Positions 10,901 to 24,338 of a stretch of DNA of 64,000 nt are shown here, one piece after another (within the stretch, counting starts at the first letter, position 1; every line of letters starts with the position of its first letter). Under the pieces are notes generated by a model, which was not told the origin of the DNA, ran no database searches, and saw only the letters and a list, made by a program, of their open reading frames with translations. The stretch lies in NCBI RefSeq assembly GCF_009914755.1, contig NC_060928.1. One strand, written 5' to 3'. The DNA comes from the human T2T-CHM13v2.0 reference genome, Homo sapiens. The position numbers and the translations under genes are program-made.

Positions 10901-11879
10901 AGTACTTAAAACTACTTTAAAACTCCAATATCATTTGATTCCAGTTGTAAAGAAAAAACAATTGATATCAAATACTTATCACAATTCCAGCCAGTTAATA
11001 ATTAATTTGTTAATTTTAGTGGTAGTAGTTTTAGACTGGTAGCCTTTTATCTCACCTAATTATCCAAACACATCTCTAACCAGAATTTTGTTTTGAATTA
11101 TGTTAAGTATTTTAACATATATTAGTTAAAGATTGTTTGGATTCAGCTAGTTTAAACTTTCATGTAAAATTACATAAATTGAAAAAGCAAAAACACAAAT
11201 TCTGTTTATATAGTGTATCATATATTACATAGCTTAGTATAGTACAGTATATTTTATAGCACATGTTAAAAGACATTGTACATGTTACATGAAGATTATT
11301 ATTCAGAAAATGAATTTAGAATTATAAAGGGCATAGAAAGGGCATTAACAGTTTCTATAACAATTATGCCATAAGTGATGCCTAGATGATTACATTAGGG
11401 ACACAGTTTGCCTAGAATCCAAGTCTCTGATTCAAATTTCAGTTCCTAGTTCACTGTGATAGCTCATTCCAATTGGTAGTGAGATCACAGTTTGACTACT
11501 GGAAAACCTAAACTGGAATTTATGTATATAACTTACATCTCTCTACAGAAATATGACCACCAGGCTCACCCTTAGCAGCACTACTCTTTGATGCATCTGA
11601 ATAACCATGGGAGCTGAAGTTGAAAAGAATGTATAATAAGAGGCACAAGATGTCTGAAAGTTCAATGCTTCACTGGCTGACCATAGTGTCTTACAATTTA
11701 CCATCACTCCATAAGAATCCTTGGCATGCCTAATGTTTGTCAATCATTCTGTAAGTCTTAAGCAATATCTCAAGATACAAAGTCTAGGCATCTGGTCCTG
11801 CATCAACTGTTTCTTTATTAGTTTTGGCAGTCTTCAAGACATGCTGAAATACCAATGAGAGTATCTTAAGCTTTTGCTT

Positions 11880-12040
11880 CTAGTTTTGCCTCTTGCTATT
11901 TCAGGCCAAGTACTAATGGAAAATCATTCAAATTATTTGAGTCTCAGTTTCATCATCTTCAAAATAAAGACAGTAATCCTCATACTGATGACATGCAAAG
12001 ATTTAATGAGAATAAAATAAGTAATTTATGAAACCCTAAG
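11880..12040 (+). mobile_element. MIR SINE
   Basis: 'tgagtctcagtttcatcatcttcaaaataaagacagtaatc' MIR core. Confidence 0.7.
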
Positions 12041-12149
12041 AGAAAAGTAACGTGGTATTTTCAGGTGATCTCAGATAGTTTTGGGTTTCAAATTTCAATC
12101 ACAGAGGATAACGGCTTAGCTTATATAATATGTTGGATGTTGCAAACAA

Positions 12150-12310
12150 CTTATTCATGGTTTATTTCATTTAATATTCAGAAGCTTTTGTATTAGTCTC
12201 TTGTTTCCTAAATGAAGAAGGGTTGAGGCATACAAAAATTAAATACATAGTTGACAAGAAAACTAGGCAAGTCCCAGGTTTTCTAACTCCATACTGACTG
12301 CTCTTTTATG
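12150..12310 (-). mobile_element. MIR SINE fragment
   Basis: 'aaatgaagaagggttgaggcatacaaaaattaaat...cccaggttttctaactcca' antisense core. Confidence 0.55.
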
Positions 12311-12829
12311 TGTTTCTATTCAGAGCTTCATTGCTTCATAGTGTAGAACATAATATCACTAGAAATAAAAAGCCACTTAACCCAACTACAGTGGCTTTCT
12401 TTATTCCTCCAGGAAAAACTGATTACTCTTTAAGTACACAATTATATGACGCTAATAACCTCAAAGTACTTCCAGCAATTTCCAAAAGAGCTAATTCATT
12501 GGCATTTTCACAACTCAAATACAAAATTGAAATAGCTTAATAATTCAGAATAATCCTACACTCTCTTTTCCTAATAACCCTCTGAATGTGCTTTTTATTT
12601 GCAAACTCATATTCCATTTAATATCTCTCAAAACTCCATTCTACGGCTTTGATTTGAGTGCCTGTCTGATTCTCTAGTGTTTTTTGTCCTTTGAAGAGCG
12701 GAACTGTGTCTTATTCATGAGTAGACTTGAAAGCAGTGAGAGCTCCCTGATCTCTTATTTTAAACACCCTTTCAATTTTGTACCTAGAATGATTTTGCAC
12801 ATAATGAAAACAAAAAACAAAAACAAGAC

Positions 12830-13065
12830 AGCTGGTGTCCACTGAGCAACAGTATGAGTAAAGATTATTTCATAAATGAACACAGTTAATCCTCACAATA
12901 ATCCAATGAGCCAGATATAATTATCATCCCCATTGTATATATAAGGTCACCGAGGCTCAGGAAGGCTAGGTAATATTCCCATGTCCAAAGTACTGGCAAA
13001 CTTAAAACAGGATTTTAATCCAGGCCATCTGACTCCAAAGCCTTTACTTTTAGCCACCTTGCTAC
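12830..13065 (-). mobile_element. MIR SINE
   Basis: 'ttaatcctcacaataatccaatgag...attatcatccccattgta...gaggctcag...ccaggccatctgactccaaagcc'. Confidence 0.85.
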
Positions 13066-14309
13066 TTTATCTCCTGTGATAGGTAATTATAATGTATTTA
13101 TCAGAAAGAAGAAATATTGCTTCAAATCGAAACATCTCAAACCAAAACCTTGTCTGGTCAGTTGGTTTACAGATTCATTTGATCTAAAAATTCGATTAAA
13201 AAGCTCCCAATAACTGGGAGGTAAAATGAATGGAGGAACCCACTACTTGTACCAGATCAATAGAGAGTATACACAATGCAGTTTAGGAACTGAGAAAACA
13301 CATTTCTAACTTCATGTAATGGAAAAAGTGTCTGAATCATAGCATTATATTTTGAAGTCCTCCAGATTCCTGTAGATGTATTACTTCAAATAGAGTATAC
13401 CACATCAGCACCCCATACCTACATCTTCTGAAATAAATTATTTGCATCTATTTTTGCTCTGTTTATAAGGTGCTTACCATCCTTCTGAAATACATTTGTG
13501 TGAAAGCAATTTTGAGTACCTTTTCTCCAATTGGAATACAGTTGACCTTTTTCTCCTCCCTACCCCTCCAAGTTTTCGTTGCCACAGTTCAAACCCTGGC
13601 CTTCAAAGTCATAAAAATTTATTTTATTTCTGTCTGAGGGCTTCTGACAAAATTCTCAGGTACACAAATGGGAAATGATGCCAGACCTGAGAGTTTCAAA
13701 GGAAGAAGTAAAGAGGTGAAAATTAATTGTTTCTGTATGCAGTTTTGCTGCTGACTTTTGGGGAGTATTTTGGTTTGTTCCAAGTTGTTCTCCTCATCTC
13801 CCTTTCCCTTCAGCACACGTCGGGAAGAAGAATGACTCAGAGTCTTTCTCCTGCTCTGGAGGAGGCACCCTACACACAGCAGTTCTAATACATAGGCTAG
13901 GCATAACAGAGAAAGGGAAGGAAGTATTTGGCATTCTCCCCCTTGGTAGAGTTAGAACGATCCAGCATTGGTGCCTGACTACTTAGCTTCATCTTTCTTC
14001 TTTGCGCTTGAGGAAAGATCAAGATTCTGAAAAATTATAGTTCAACCTCCAACTCTAGAACTCGCCATTTTAACACCATGGGAAAATTACTTTCAAATAG
14101 GCGATATAAAACCCACATTCGTTGACATTTATAAAGATACTCAACTATTGGGAATGGTCTGTTATTGGTAGCACACAATTGATTATAAGAGTTTATGCTG
14201 ACACTTTCCAGATTCATGATGGGCACAATGCTGGTGTTAATTTTATAAGTAAGAACAGATCCACTCAGGAGTAACTACGTTGCAAAATCATTATTTTTCC
14301 ATAAGAAAA

Positions 14310-14410
14310 AGTAGTGCTGTAGTTAAAGAGCATGGAATATAATTTTAAGATCTCGAATTTGGCTCTGCCACTTACTGACCGTGTAATTTTCGGCAAATGA
14401 AACCATCTAC
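14310..14410 (+). mobile_element. MIR SINE 5' fragment
   Basis: 'gtagttaaagagcatgga...ggctctgccacttactgaccgtgtaattttcggcaaat'. Confidence 0.75.
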
Positions 14411-15109
14411 CTTCTCCTGCTTCCACATATTACATTGTCCTGGATTCTCTAGCAGTGCTATTGTCCTTTATTTTTAAATCAAGAATTACTTATACTTGCA
14501 TATTATAGGACAATTATGCAATCTGTCTCATGCCTGTAATTTATGTCAGTGCATTTGCGTGACATGTCTTCACATGCTGATTTAACAATCATAATTTAAA
14601 TTTAGAACTTGATTTTAAAGCTTACTACAGTTTAATACAAAAATTTAGCTCTATGTTATTTTGCTTTTTTGATTAGTAATTTCTGCAGTTTTTTCATATG
14701 TTACTCCTTCTGGTACAATTGTTTCCATTATAGATGAAGATTTATGGGTAGCCCAAAAAATCATTATGACATTTGACACACACTTTTAAGTTAATGGGAT
14801 AAATCTGATTTCCCTCCATCTTCCAATATCTAAACATCTTTTCTGAGAGTCATATTTGTGAAAATAATTAAGCTCAGATAATCAGTTTAAAAACATGAAA
14901 GTAACATGTCCCTTAGGTGAGAATGATTAGGAATATAGTGAACATGCAATTAAGTTTAATTGGACTAAGTAGAGCAGACTGACTTTCATAATTAATTAAG
15001 TCCCATGATTGGCCTTTAGGGGCACTATCCCAGATGAAAAAGATGATTGTGGTGAAAGAGCATGAACTACTTCAAGATATCAACCAAACTACAGATGATT
15101 CAGATAATA

Positions 15110-15750
15110 GAAAAAAGTAAGTGACTGTAGCAAAGGAATAGGACACAAGATCAATGTACAAATGATAATTGCTTTTGTACATTCCAGCAATGAACAACTG
15201 GAAGTTGGATTTAAACATACAACAACATTTATATTATAAACAAAAAATTAAATGTTTAGGCATAAATCTAAAAAATAGAAAATCTTTATGTAAAAAATTA
15301 CAAAACTTTGATGAAAGAAATCAAAGAAGAACTAAATAAATAAATAGATAGTTTGTATCTATGGATTGGAAGACTCAATATTCCTAATATATTAATTCTT
15401 CCCAAATTGATCTATAGATTCAATGCAATCCCAATTAAAATAGCAGCAAGCTAACTTGTGGATATCAACAAACTGACTATAAAGTTTATGTGGAAAGAGA
15501 AAAGTTAAAGAGCAGCCAACACAATATTGAAGAAGAGCCAAATTAGAAGAATGACACTACCACACTTCAAGACATAGTATAAAGCTACAGTAAGTGAGAT
15601 AACATGATATTGGCAAAATAATAGACACCTAGAGCAATGGAACAGATTAGAGAGTCCAAAAATAGATATACACCAATATAGTCAACTGATCTTTGAAAAA
15701 GGAACAAAGGCAATTTAATGGAGAAAAGATTGTCTTTACGAAAAATGGTG
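15110..15750 (+). mobile_element. Old L1M (L1MB/MC) ORF2 fragment, upstream part
   Basis: 'caaaactttgatgaaagaaatcaaagaagaactaaataaa...atggattggaagactcaatatt...tatagtcaactgatctttga'; it ends at the TSD aaaaatggtg. Confidence 0.9.
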
Positions 15751-18376
15751 GAGAGGGACAAGACAGATGACTAGACTCAGCCAGGAAGTGCTGCTCCCTC
15801 TGAAAGAGCTAATTATCAAGTAAATCAATGTAATTTGGGCAGATCTTCAGAGAGAAAACACCAAGAAAGGATGGAGAGGTGATGGTGACACCAAGGCTGA
15901 AGAGGGAGGAAGCTGGGACCCTGTGTCAGGTATCCAACTGCTAGGGGTAGCTCCCAGCCCTGAATGGTCACTGAGGAAGGGGTGAGTGAGGGAACTGAGG
16001 GACAGCCTACTCTGACCAGAGACTTTTGGGATGTGAGCTTCAGGGGACCCTATTCCCCCTATGGATGTGTGAGCTGGCAGAGGGATCTGCCTGGGCAATA
16101 GACATAGACAGGGCTTCAGCAGGCACAGAGCGCAGGAGATTTTGTGTATGGGGTGGCTTGGGCAGAGCACAGCCATGGATGCCCATTCCCCAGGGCTCTG
16201 CATCTCCCTCTGAGAGACTCCAATTCCAGCTGACACCTGGGCTAGCAGAGAGCAGGACTGGCTTCCCTGCAGGACTGGGGAGCATCTATTCTGCAGGCAC
16301 TCCTGCCTGCCAGCCCCTCCCAGGGCCCTTGTCTAGTCTCTCTGCAGGAATGTGTGCACAGCACAGCCTCTGCTGCCCAGCCTGCATGCTTTGCTCCACC
16401 TGAATGTTTTCTCAGTGACCTGAGAGCACTTTGGATCCCCCAGGGCAGCTGAAGCCCAACCTCAAGGCACAGGTTGACCTGTAGCCACAGGGCTGCAGTG
16501 AACAGCTTGAGAATGCCAAGTGGAGGGCTGTGGCTGTCACTGGAGTAAGGAAGGAGCCCCCACTCTCAGAGCACTGAGAAGGGTGAAACACACAGATTTG
16601 TGAACCAGCATGGAAGTGGGGCATTCCTCCAACCCCTAGAAATACCTAAGAATACAGCTAACCAAGAAGGTAAACAATCTCCACAAGCATAACTACAAAA
16701 CACTGCTGAACAAAATCAGAGACAACACAAGTAATGGAAAAACATTCAATGTTCATGGATTAGAAGAATCAATATCATTTAAATGGCCATACTTCCCAAA
16801 GCAATTTACAGAGGCAATGCTATTCCTTGCAAACTACCAATGTTATTCTTCACAGAATTACAAAAAACTATTGTAAAACTTATATAGAACCATAAAAGAG
16901 GCTGAATACCTAAGGCAATGGTAAGCAAAAAGAACAAAGCCAGAGGCAACACACTACCCTACTTCAAACTGTATTGTAAGTCTACCTAACCAAAACAGCA
17001 TGGTACTGGTACAGAAACAGACACACAGACCAAAGGAAGAGAATAAACAACCAAGATAATAAAGCTGCAAACCTACAATCATCTGTCTTCCACAAAGCTG
17101 GCAAAAACAAGTAATGGGAAAAGGGGTCCCTGTTCAATAAATGGTGCTGGGATAAGTGGCTATTGATATGTAGAAGAATGAAACTGGGCCCCCACCTTTC
17201 ACCATATACAAAAGTTAACTCAAGGTGGATTAAAGATTTAAATCCACCTTACAAGACCCAAATTATAAAAATCCTAGAAAATACCCTTCTTGACATCAGC
17301 CTAGGCAAACAATTTTTGGCTAAGTCCCCAGAAGCAATTGCAACAAAAGAAAAATAGACAAGTGGGACCCAATTAAACTAAAGAGCTTCTTCCCAGAAAA
17401 GAAACTATCAATGGAGGAAACAGACAGCCTACAGAATGGTAGAAAATATTCATAAAGCATGCACCCAACAAAGGTTTAATATCCAGAACTTATAAGGAAC
17501 TTAAACAAATTAAGCAAAAACAACCTCATCTAAAACTAGACAAAGGACATGAACAGACACTTCTAAAAAGACATGGAAGTGTTCAGCAAACATATGAAAA
17601 ATGCTCAACATCACTAATCATCAGAGAAATGCAACTCAAAACCACAATAAGATACCATCTCACACCAGTCGGAATGGCTGTCATTAAAAAGTCAAATAAT
17701 AACCCATACTGGTGAGGTTGCATAGAAAGGGGACCATTTACATATTGTTGGTAGGAGTGCAAATTAGTTCAGCCACAGTGGAAAGCAGTTTGGAGATCTC
17801 TCAAAGAACATAAAACAGAACTACCTTTCAACCTAGCAATCCTATTACTGGGTAAATGCGCAAAAGAAAATAAATCATTCTACCCAAAAGACACATGCAC
17901 TTATACGTTCATTACCGTGGTATTCACAATAATAAAGACATGGAATCCATCTAGGTACCCTTCGATGGTGTATTGGATAAAGAAAGTGTGGTACATATAT
18001 ACCATGGAATACTATGTAGCCATAAAAAATGAAATCATGTTCTTTGCAGCAGTATGGGTGCATCTGGAAGCCATGATTCTAAGCAAATTAATGCAAGTAG
18101 AGAAAATCAAATACCACATATTTTCACTTATAAGTGGAAGATAAACTTTGGGTATTCATGGGCATAAAGATGGGAAAAATAAATATTGTGGACTACTAGT
18201 TGAAGGAGAGAGGAAGGGAGACATGGTTTGAAAAACTACCTATTGGGTACTATGCTTACTAGCTGGATAATAAGATCCTTACCACAAACCTCAGCATCAT
18301 GCTATATACTCATTTAATAAACCTCCCTAAGTATCACCTGTATCTAAAACAAATACTGAAATTGTATAAAAGAAAA
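15751..18376 (+). mobile_element. L1PA15/16-like LINE-1 with 5' UTR (15751-~16630) joined to late ORF2 and 3' UTR; large internal deletion
   Basis: GC-rich L1 5' UTR start 'gagagggacaagacagatgactaga'; ORF2 from 'aaatacctaagaatacagctaacc'; 3' UTR 'aaaaactacctattgggtactatgc...aaacctcagcatca'; A tail; TSD aaaaatggtg (15741-15750) / aaaaatggta (18377-18386). Confidence 0.9.
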
Positions 18377-18386
18377 AAAAATGGTA

Positions 18387-18845
18387 TTGGAACAACTAAA
18401 TTCCACATGCAAAGGGAAATGAATCTAACCGAAGATGTTATAACTTTCACAAAAAGTACTCAAAATGAATTATAGACCTAAATGTCAAATGCGAAACTCT
18501 AAGACTTCAAAGAGATAACAAAGAAGAAAATGTAGGTGACCTTGAGTTTGATGGTGATGTTTTTGATACACACCAAAAGCACTATCTGTGAAATAAAAAA
18601 TTGATATTTTGGACCTAGTTAAAATTGAAATAGTCTTCTCTACTAAAGACACCGGTAAGAAAATGAAAACACAAGGTAAAGACTGGAGAAAATATTTGCA
18701 AAACACATACCTGTCTCATAAAGGACTTATCTCAAGAAATATAACCAGGACTCATCAGATTAAACAATAAGAAAACAAACAGCCCACTTTAAAATAGATA
18801 AAAGTTCTAAACACTTCCCCAAAGGTCTACAGATGGAAAATAAGA
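18387..18845 (+). mobile_element. Old L1M ORF2 fragment, continuation after the nested L1
   Basis: 'ttggaacaactaaattccacatgcaaa...tatagacctaaatgtcaaatgcgaaact' continues the sequence interrupted at 15750. Confidence 0.88.
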
Positions 18846-18849
18846 AGAG

Positions 18850-19290
18850 ACAAAAGGGCAAATGCTGCATGATACCACCTCCATGATAAATCTCAAAAAG
18901 TCAAACCCACAGAGGAAGAGAATGGAATGGTAATGGCAGAGGCTGGTCAGAGGGAAAAAAAAGAAGAGGAGTATTAGTCAAAAAGTACAAAGTTTTGGTT
19001 ATATAAGTAAGTCCTAGATCTACTGTACAGCAAGTGTTTATTTTTAATAATATGGTATTGTATACTTAATTTTTTTCTGAGGACAGATATTACATTAAGT
19101 GATTACATCATAGATAAACAATTATAGTAAATAAGAGGATGGGAGAAAACTTCTGGTGGTGGTAAATAGGTTTATGCCATAGATTGTGGTGATGGTTTCA
19201 TGGATGCTATTTAGCTCCAAACTAATGAAGTTGTATATATTAATTATGTATGGCTTTTTGTATGTCAATAACTACTTGTTTGAAAAAGAG
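18850..19290 (+). mobile_element. L1MA/MB-type 3' UTR
   Basis: 'gtcaaacccacagaggaagagaatggaatggt...gattgtggtgatggtttca...ctttttgtatgtcaat'. Confidence 0.8.
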
Positions 19291-19296
19291 AAAAAG

Positions 19297-19647
19297 TTGA
19301 AGTTATACTGAAGTAGGATGGGCCTCTAATCCAATATGACTGGTATCCTTATAAGAAGGTGGCCATGTGAAGATAAGCACACCGAGGAGAATGCTCTGTG
19401 ATGATGAAGGCAGGGACTGGAGTTACTCTGTTGCAATCTGAGAAAAGCCAGGGATTTGCAGCACACCACCAATAGCTAGGAAAAGGCACGGAAGGATCCT
19501 CTTCTGCAGGTTTCAGAGGGACCCTGGTCCTGTGGACACCTTGATTTCGGACTTCTAGGCTCCAGAATTGTAAGACAATAAATTTCTGTTATTTGAGCGA
19601 TTCCATTTGTGGTACTTGGTTACAGCAGTGCTAGGAAGCTAATGTAC
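19297..19647 (+). mobile_element. MLT1C-like MaLR LTR, 5' truncated
   Basis: 'taatccaatatgactggtatccttataagaag...gacaccttgatttcggacttctaggctccagaattgtaagacaataaatttctgtt'. Confidence 0.9.
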
Positions 19648-19649
19648 TA

Positions 19650-19900
19650 CTTCCAAAATGGTCAAGGTCATCAAAAACAAAGGAAGTCAGAAGCAGTAGC
19701 CAAGAAGAACCTAAGGATACGTGGCTATGTAGTGCAATTAGGTATCCTAGATAGAGTCCTGAGCCATAAAAAGGACATTAGATAAAAACTAAGAAAAATT
19801 GAATAAACAATGATTTCAGTTAATCATAGTTTATCTTTCTATGATAGCTCCTCAGTTTTCCTGTGAAGCTAAAACTGTTCCAAAATAGTCTATTAACAAT
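19650..19900 (+). mobile_element. L1MC 3' UTR fragment
   Basis: 'gtcaaggtcatcaaaaacaaaggaagtc...aaaaaggacattagataaaaactaag...ctaaaactgttccaaaa'. Confidence 0.75.
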
Positions 19901-20931
19901 GAAGATAATGATCATTATAATTTTTTATAAAAGCACACAATTATAAGTTAAATATCCAAGAAACTTTCAATGTAAGGAAAGAGATATATTGTAAGTTAAA
20001 AAGAATTAAACAATTATACCCTGTGAAACTTAGATTAAGAAAGGATCTACTTTAAGGCAAGATAAAGAGTGATAAAGAAAATAGGACAACACAAGAGAAA
20101 GTCATAATAGTGCTAAATTTTTACATACATAATCACAAATATTCAAAATATAAAATAAAAGCAGGACTTAAAAGTGTGAAATACAGCTGAAGATTTTAGC
20201 ATGAATTTCTCAATAATGCCACAAACAGAAAAAAAATAGACACTGAAGATGTGAACCACACAATGAAATGAATTGCCCAAAGTGACATATTTGGGCATTG
20301 TGCAATATTTCAGACAGAATATAGATTCCTTTCATGTGCACAAGAACTTTATTTTTCAAGCTAGGCCATACTCAGAACCCTAAAGTAATCTGAAGCAATT
20401 TTAAACAAACATACAAACTCTCTTGAAAGCATTGCTAGAATTCTTCAGTTTGGTATTATTTAACTCCATCTGTTAAGAAATAAAAGTAATTTGAAAACTT
20501 TAAAAAACACATATGGCTGCATTAATGAACGGATTATACTCACAAGAAGAGAGAAGTGGTGAAGAGACACTATTCTGAAGAAATGACTATGGCAGAGTTT
20601 AGGGGATGTGGGGAATGGAATAAAAGTCCTAAAGGTTTAACATTTTCCTAATTATACTTTTAAAAAGAAAGATTAAAGAAGAAAAGTACTGAAGAGGTTA
20701 TGATAGTTTGTTAACAGGATTGATGCATCCTTTGATACCCAAATCACAAGAATCTAAAGCAGGAAAAATTTGAAACAAAGAAATCTATACCTACTCACAT
20801 CCAGGTTTACTGAATACAATAAAGGCAAACAAATGATGTTAAAAGCAGGAAAAGAAAAAAAAAAGCAGGAAAAGAGAAAAATCATATTATCCTTCAAGTA
20901 ATTTTATTTTATACCTATATATAGATAAATT

Positions 20932-20933
<2 letters not shown>

Positions 20934-20971
<38 letters not shown>

Positions 20972-20982
20972 ATATATATATA
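20934..20982. repeat. (TCTA)n(TA)n microsatellite in the Alu tail region
   Basis: Directly visible. Confidence 0.95.
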
Positions 20983-20984
20983 TA

Positions 20985-21517
<533 letters not shown>

Positions 21518-23014
21518 TAATAATCTAAAATTATACACTTAGTCAAACAATAATTTGAGAACAACATTGAATTCAAAATATATGCTGACAAACCACCAAG
21601 CAAAATTTTGCCAAGTTCCCTAGAACAACTTTTGAGCAATCTACTTTAAATAGAAGAAAAATTAAATGCAAAAGAAAGAATAGCAATTTAATTTAAAAAA
21701 TTAATTAGTAAACAACTTAGTACATCTATTATTGATAATATAAAGCAATAATACTATCTAAATTGGAGGTTTAAAGAATAGAAGTAAGCCTCAGAAAGTA
21801 ATGACATAAATATGCAAAGGGAAATGGTTTTCTAAGAGTTTTGTATTTTTTATCAGGATTAAAAGTGTAGTGACTTACATGAGAAATATGGATGTAGTGA
21901 TCTAGGCTAAAATTTAAAGATAACCTCTGGAAGAATAGAAATATGATATATGATAATGAAAATAATGGTGGAAAACAAATCAATGTAAAAAAAAAGACAG
22001 AAAACTTTAGTTTCAAATAGTACTAATTATGTTAATAGCAATTAGATCAAATATTTCACCAAATATGTTAAATGTCAGTTGATTAGACTTGCCAATTAGA
22101 AGAGCTGAAGATGAAAAGGGTAGAGGAAAGGCAACACACCAGCAAACGCAAACAGGAAGAAGCCCTGTGTGTATTTGAAAGCAAATGCTGCTAAAGTAAA
22201 TATAATCAATACATATGAATAAACAAAATCATCCAGAAAATGTATCAGTCCTAACTGATCTAATGAATGCATGTAAAACTGCGGAATCATTATCTTTAGA
22301 AAACATACTTTTTGTGTCCACTGGAACATTTATTAAAATTGACCAAGTACTAGGTATTAAACGTGTCTCAAGAAATTTCAAAGAATCTTTTAGCTCTTCC
22401 GTAGTAGATCTAGTAAATTATAAATTCAAAAAGAAAGATAACAAACGCCCTGAAACATATACAAATATAACAAAATTGTAAAAAACTCAGGAATTTTTGG
22501 AGAAAAGTATCAATGGAAGTTATGCAAATACAACAGAACTTAACAAAAAAAATAAAAATATGAATGAAAGAATAAAACTCATCTTAATTTTCAGAGACTT
22601 ATCTACATAGAAAAAATAAAGTATTTTAGAATTAACAAGATTGGAAGATTGCTGACATAAAAATCAATTTTTAGTAGTCTATTAAATTCACACAAAACAG
22701 CAAAACGAGTGTAGAAAAGTGTTATTAAGAGCACATTTTAGTGTATTTTTTGCAATTTTGCAACTAAAATTTAAAAGTAGCTAGAACAAGACTAAGAGAA
22801 GAATTGCATTTTATGGCAAAATTATTTAAAAATTGTTGAAAACCATAAAAGACCTAAAAATAAAGAGGAAGAGAATATATCTATGGATCAGAAGACTCAA
22901 TATGGTAAAGGTAGAAAATCACCTCTATTTTAATCAATATGTAAATTCAAGTGATTCCAAGTAAAGTTGCAAAAAATACTTTCAAAAAAATTGGCAGCTA
23001 TAATATTTGTATGG

Positions 23015-23145
23015 AGCCAGGCATGGTGGTACACTCCTGTAGTCTCACCTACTCAAGAGGCTGAGGCAGAAGGATTGTTTGAACCCAGGAATTTGAGATC
23101 AGCATTGGGCAACATAGCAAACCCTCGTCTCAAAAAAGTAAAAAA
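23015..23145 (+). mobile_element. FLAM_A-like Alu monomer
   Basis: 'agccaggcatggtggtacactcctgtagtc...gggcaacatagcaaaccctcgtctc' plus A tail. Confidence 0.9.
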
Positions 23146-23990
23146 TTACAAAGAAAAAAGATGAATACAGTAAATAACTATAAAATGTGAATATGAGTTA
23201 TAATAAAAAATCAAGACATAATCAAATATGGTATGTAAAATAGTGTAACTTTATCCTGATTAAACAATTAAACCGGAGGACTTACTATGAAATTCACAAA
23301 AATTTTCAAACTTAATAGATGATAAAGCTGGATTTCAATTCTGTATCATTTTACTTTCTTTTTTTTTTTTTTTTTACTTAAAAACCAAACGCTTATGACA
23401 GAATGCCCATTGCTGGTAGTGTTAAGACTAGGTTGTTACAAACCATCCCTTCTCATGGGGAAAAACTAGAAAACCTCAGTAAAATATATATTTTTTTAAT
23501 TTTGTGCAGCTATCTGATAGCTACAAGGGAGCAAATACTTGCTACCTTGAACAAGTGATAAGTTTACTGAGTTTTATTTCGCATAATGGCCTACCAAAGG
23601 AGACATATCTCCATTTTCATCGATAATTTATATTGCCTTGAAAGAGGATTTGATTTGTTCACAAGAGGCACTCTGTTGTATGGAGTTTCAACCAGACCAG
23701 GTGGAAGTGGACGTCTTCTCTAGTACCAAATCCATCCTTAATTACCTTAGGCAATTAAGGCAAGAATCCTCAGTCAAATCATCCATGGCCAAAAATGCAA
23801 GTTTCGTTTTGGATCATCTAAAGCCCAGAAATTTTGGCCAAGTAGAAACCATTTGAGCCTCTTTTTGAAGTTTCTTTTTTACAATTTTAGAGACATTTCC
23901 TGAAGTACATTCAGCACTTGGTTAAAGCCAAGGAAACACAAATAAGTCATTTTCATTCTCATTCAAAACTCTTGTATAGCTAAAAATATT

Positions 23991-24338
23991 TTATTTGGTT
24001 TGGCTCTGTGTCCCCACCCACATCTCACCTTCAATTGTAATAACCCCCACATGTCAAGGGCCAGACCAGGTGGAGATAATTAAATCATGAGGTTGGTTTT
24101 CCCCATACTGTTCTTGTGATAGTGAGTGAGTTTGCACGAGATCTGATGGTTTTATTAAGGGCTTCCCTTTTTGCTCGACTCTCGTACTCTCTCCTGCTGC
24201 CCTGTGAAGGGGTGCCTTCTGCAAGTTTCCCGAGGCCTCCCCAGCCATGTGGAACTGTGAGTCAATTAAATCTCTTTTCTTTATAAATTACTGAGTCTCA
24301 GATATTTCTTCATAGCAGAGTGAGAATGGACTAATATA
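23991..24338 (+). mobile_element. THE1C/D MaLR solo LTR
   Basis: 'ggtttggctctgtgtccccaccc...gaatggactaatata' with a perfect TSD ATATT (23986-23990, 24339-24343). Confidence 0.95.

Noticed and set aside
15847-16624. GC-rich block with overlapping ORFs as a gene or CpG island
   Set aside because: It is an L1 5' UTR and is CpG-depleted.
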